From: Spirogloea muscicola
Lineage: Eukaryota
Reading direction: 5' to 3'
Assembly (NCBI GenBank): GCA_009602725.1
Contig: WELB01000025.1
Location: 994,678-1,058,677, forward strand
DNA length: 64,000 nt
A program made the position numbers and the translations under genes. The notes below the pieces were generated by a model. That model was not told where the DNA came from. It made no database searches and saw nothing but the letters and a program-made list of their open reading frames with translations. How positions within the stretch are numbered: position 1 is the first letter of the stretch; each line of letters begins with the position of its first letter. This document shows, in pieces, positions 60,626 through 64,000 of this stretch.

Positions 60626-62810
60626 ATGGGCAACCCCTTCAGCAGACCAGCGGAGACTGTAGGTAGAGCTATCAACGACTCTGCTGATCAACTCAACGGA
60701 ACAGCACAGACTGTAGGTAGAGCTATCATCGACTCTGCTGACAAGCTCAACGGAACAGCCTCATGGGCCGCTGGTATGGCTGTCTGCTCGCTTCATTCGA
60801 AGAGGTTGCCCAGTCGACAAACCAATGTGGAATGCAGTGCCTCCACCTTTGGCTCTTATGCAACTTGACGACACATCTAGTACTCACACGAGCTGCCCTT
60901 CCTGTGCAGCCCGATTCGGGGAGTCAACGGAAGCAGCAAAAGCTACAATGGCACAGATGAATGTTGCGGCCAATGCCATTTCCAGTGCAGCCACTCATAC
61001 TGAAGCAGCCGCATATTCGGCTCAGGTTGCTTGCACCAAGGCTGGTGATGCAAGCAATGCCATAGAAAAACTAGCCAACACAACAGCATCAGTGGTGGGA
61101 GAGCTTGGACCAAGGCTTAGTACGGCATTCGATGGAGCATCTTCAACTTTTGGTTCTATTCAGGATTCTGTCAACCAGATCACACCACAGGCAGCCTCGA
61201 CTTTGGAGACGGTCCAAAAGTCTGTCCAGGACTTGACGCCCACTGCACAAAGTGCACTGCACTCGTTGAGTGCCACAAGCGAGGCAGTGGGACAAAACAT
61301 TCCAGCCTTGGTGCAAAGCTGTCAGGTCATTAGTTTGGCAAGCCTGCTTTTGCTTGTTGACTCAAGTGCTGCTTGCTGCATTATTGGCACGCTTGATCTA
61401 GTATACAGGTTGTGCTCACACTAGGCACAAACCGCTGTTGGAAGCAACAGAAAGTCATGAATCTCATGGTCTGTATGGTCCTAGCCTCGGACGAACTTTT
61501 CTGTTGGATACATTTGTGTTGCTTGACAAATTGCTTTGTCAGTGTTCCTTGACTAATCGCTATGTTTCTCTTCAGGCTGCAGCTGTAGCAACTGTCGCAG
61601 GCGCTGCAGCTCTGGCTAGTACAGCTCAGAGTCTGAAAACGATTGCTGTGAACTCTACGAAATTGGTTGCTACGAAAGAGGCCAGCTTGGTCTTCCGAGC
61701 AGCTGATAGAGTTTCCAACAGAGCAGGCGGTTTCTTCAAGGCTTTGAAGGATGTCCAGCATGGTATATTCATCCCTGCTACTGACCATGCTTACTTGATG
61801 TGCTGCGACGACTTCACCAAAGAAATGGAAGAGCGTCACTTTGCAAGGTAAGGTGCAACACATCTCACGAATGGCACACTGCCACCTCACACTACGCGAT
61901 CCAATCATTCGTGCTGTGCTTTCAGTACAATGCATTACCCAGAAATCCTGGCCCGCTTCTCACTCTATGTAAAGGCTTTGCAGCGATCCAGTCTAGCTGA
62001 CAATCCAAGGTTCAGTGACTCTTCTCTGTCGTCAGGCTGGGCCATGAGTCATTGAAGACACGAATGAAAATGTGCGTCATATGCTGCAGGACACTTAATG
62101 AAGCAATACAGAAGGTCAAGGCAATGCGCCGAAGTGGTGTGCTGCTAGAAGAGAAGGAGGTTGCCTACCATCGCGATGTCATTGTTGCCACCTGTGATAA
62201 AGACATCATCGAGATGCCAGAAGGGTTGGGTCGCTTTATAATCTGTGGCAGCACTGACTTGCATGGACAGCCTTACATCCAGCTGAAGGGGATAATTTGT
62301 GACATGGACAAGTCTGGTGCACCAATGGGGAAAGTTATGAATCTAGGATGGCAACCTCAACATGCTGCACTGGAGGTGGTCTTCAACTTGCTTACCTTGA
62401 TTTACAATTGCCATACACACGTGTAGTATTTTGGATCAGGTGTACGTATTTGTCTGCTCGTCCCAAGAACGCAGAGATGAAGAAACCTGAACTCCTCAAG
62501 GAACATATCTTGACCTGACCGTCCAATATCTGTTTGTCATACTCTTCTGAAGGGAGCAATGTGGTCTGGAGCTGGAGCCGTACTTGGAGGTGCCTCGCAG
62601 GCAATTTCTATAAAGTTGTTGGGCACAGGGTTGATCAAGCTTGCACTCAGATCCTGCCTAGTTAGTGTACTTCCAGGATATGGCATAGTGATAACAGGAA
62701 CAGGTTTGTTGGGATTTGCTTTCTGGGCGTGCAAGGTGCCAAAACACAAGCAGGTGGAGAGAGGGCTGTTCCATGGCGGCAATCCTTTACCAGTATGCGA
62801 AGCGAGTTGA
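60626..62810 (+). CDS. Predicted 5-exon protein-coding gene, 459 aa, unknown function; Ala/Ser/Thr-rich helical N-half and hydrophobic Gly-rich C-terminus
   Basis: Exons 60626-60773, 60910-61325, 61576-61847, 62090-62375 and 62553-62810; all four introns are GT-AG and phase-compatible (1,0,2,0); total 1380 nt with no internal stop. Confidence 0.8.
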
Positions 62811-64000
62811 GTGCGAGCTAAGCCACCAAGATTAGTAATGACTATAATAACACAGTGATACAGCTGGGCTGGGAACCCACTGACTCAGCCCAGTGGTCAA
62901 CTAAAGTGCTTTTCTTTGTCAAGAGCGCACCAGTACATCGGACTCATTCATTCCGAAGCCAACAACTCTCAATGTTACTGAGGCGAGCGAGTCTGCGTGC
63001 ATGCCCTAGCTATTGCTGCTATCCACCATGGGCGCGAGCTGAGCCTGTAAGATTTTGATTTGTCTGCCGCCATAAGCGGTGCTGCGTCTGTACCCCTTGG
63101 AAAGGAAAATGGCAAGCTGAGTAACTTTTGTTGGGAAAGAGAAAAAGCGGCGGTGGCGGTTTTCGAAGCCAATCTGGAGATGTAACTTGAAGTGTAGCCA
63201 GCTTCGACTAAAATCAAGTTTGGGCCCACTGGGCTGCTCGCAGCCCGTCCTCTCCTAAGCTGTCACGTCATGCATAATAAACAATCTGGAGATACAAGGC
63301 CACAGAGCTGCTTTACATTAGGGGCGTATGGGGGTGTTGTAGAATTTTAGCAGGTTCAGGGCTTTGTCAGCCAACCTCTGGGGAGAACGCTCTAGCTGCG
63401 ATCATAGTAGTCAATTCATCAGAGGACTAGCTGGTCGGCATCGTCAATAAGCCACTCGCTAGCGAGATAATATCTGAATGTAACGGCACATTTGAGAACA
63501 GAAGAAGTGACAGCACGTTCCTGCATGTAACTGGCGAGCATTAATGTTCAGGAAGACGAGCCTGTACGGGACTTTGTTAAAAGTGAAGGCTTTGGTGCTA
63601 CAAATTGCGTAACATTGAAGCGGCAGTTCTAGCTAGGCATTAGCTGCTCACCGTCCTCATGGGGCTTCCACCTGAATGCAGAGCTCTGTACGACTCCTTC
63701 CAGATGGTAGCTGGGGAGCATTAGACGCTACACTATGTGCTGGCTTGCCTAATTCGCAAAATGTAACAAGAGAGTTGAAGGAACTAGGGTGATTTACCAG
63801 ACAGCACATCGACCAATCCAAGTGGACGCAATTCAGCAACAAGGCATACACATGCAGATGTCAACGTACCGCCGCAGCCAAATGCCATAGTCAAAGAAGA
63901 CGTCACATATCTGTGATGAAGGCTGCCACTCTCTACACTTCCATCTTTCTACTCCACCTGAATCCTAAGCTGAAGCCATGACTTATACATTCATACCGAG

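Noticed and set aside
62975..64000. 3' exons of a minus-strand gene
   Set aside because: Some splice-like signals, but no consistent reading frame could be assembled

Overview
Eukaryotic nuclear DNA, probably from a streptophyte/green alga. This is inferred from plant-type CCCTAAA repeats, a streptophyte-like mitochondrial nad5 fragment and GT-AG introns. Most of the first ~60 kb is a layered colony of one clade of non-LTR retrotransposons carrying a reverse transcriptase, a CCHC zinc knuckle and a restriction-like endonuclease (CRE-like). It contains two near-full-length disrupted copies (29.0-32.4 kb +, 48.4-51.3 kb -), several young 5'-truncated copies, dozens of very short 3'-end-only copies from at least 5-6 subfamilies, and heavily decayed ancient copies. 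All subfamilies end their ORF in ...SDLxLL[T/S]RGY-stop. Most carry a conserved 3' stem-loop and a TTC-rich (not poly-A) tail. The window also holds three interstitial telomere-repeat insertions, a nad5 NUMT-like insert inside a (GT)n tract, and a duplicated, partly inverted ancient block. One apparently intact 5-exon host gene (60626-62810, 459 aa, unknown function) lies at the right end. All homologies were judged by eye and boundaries of decayed copies are approximate.
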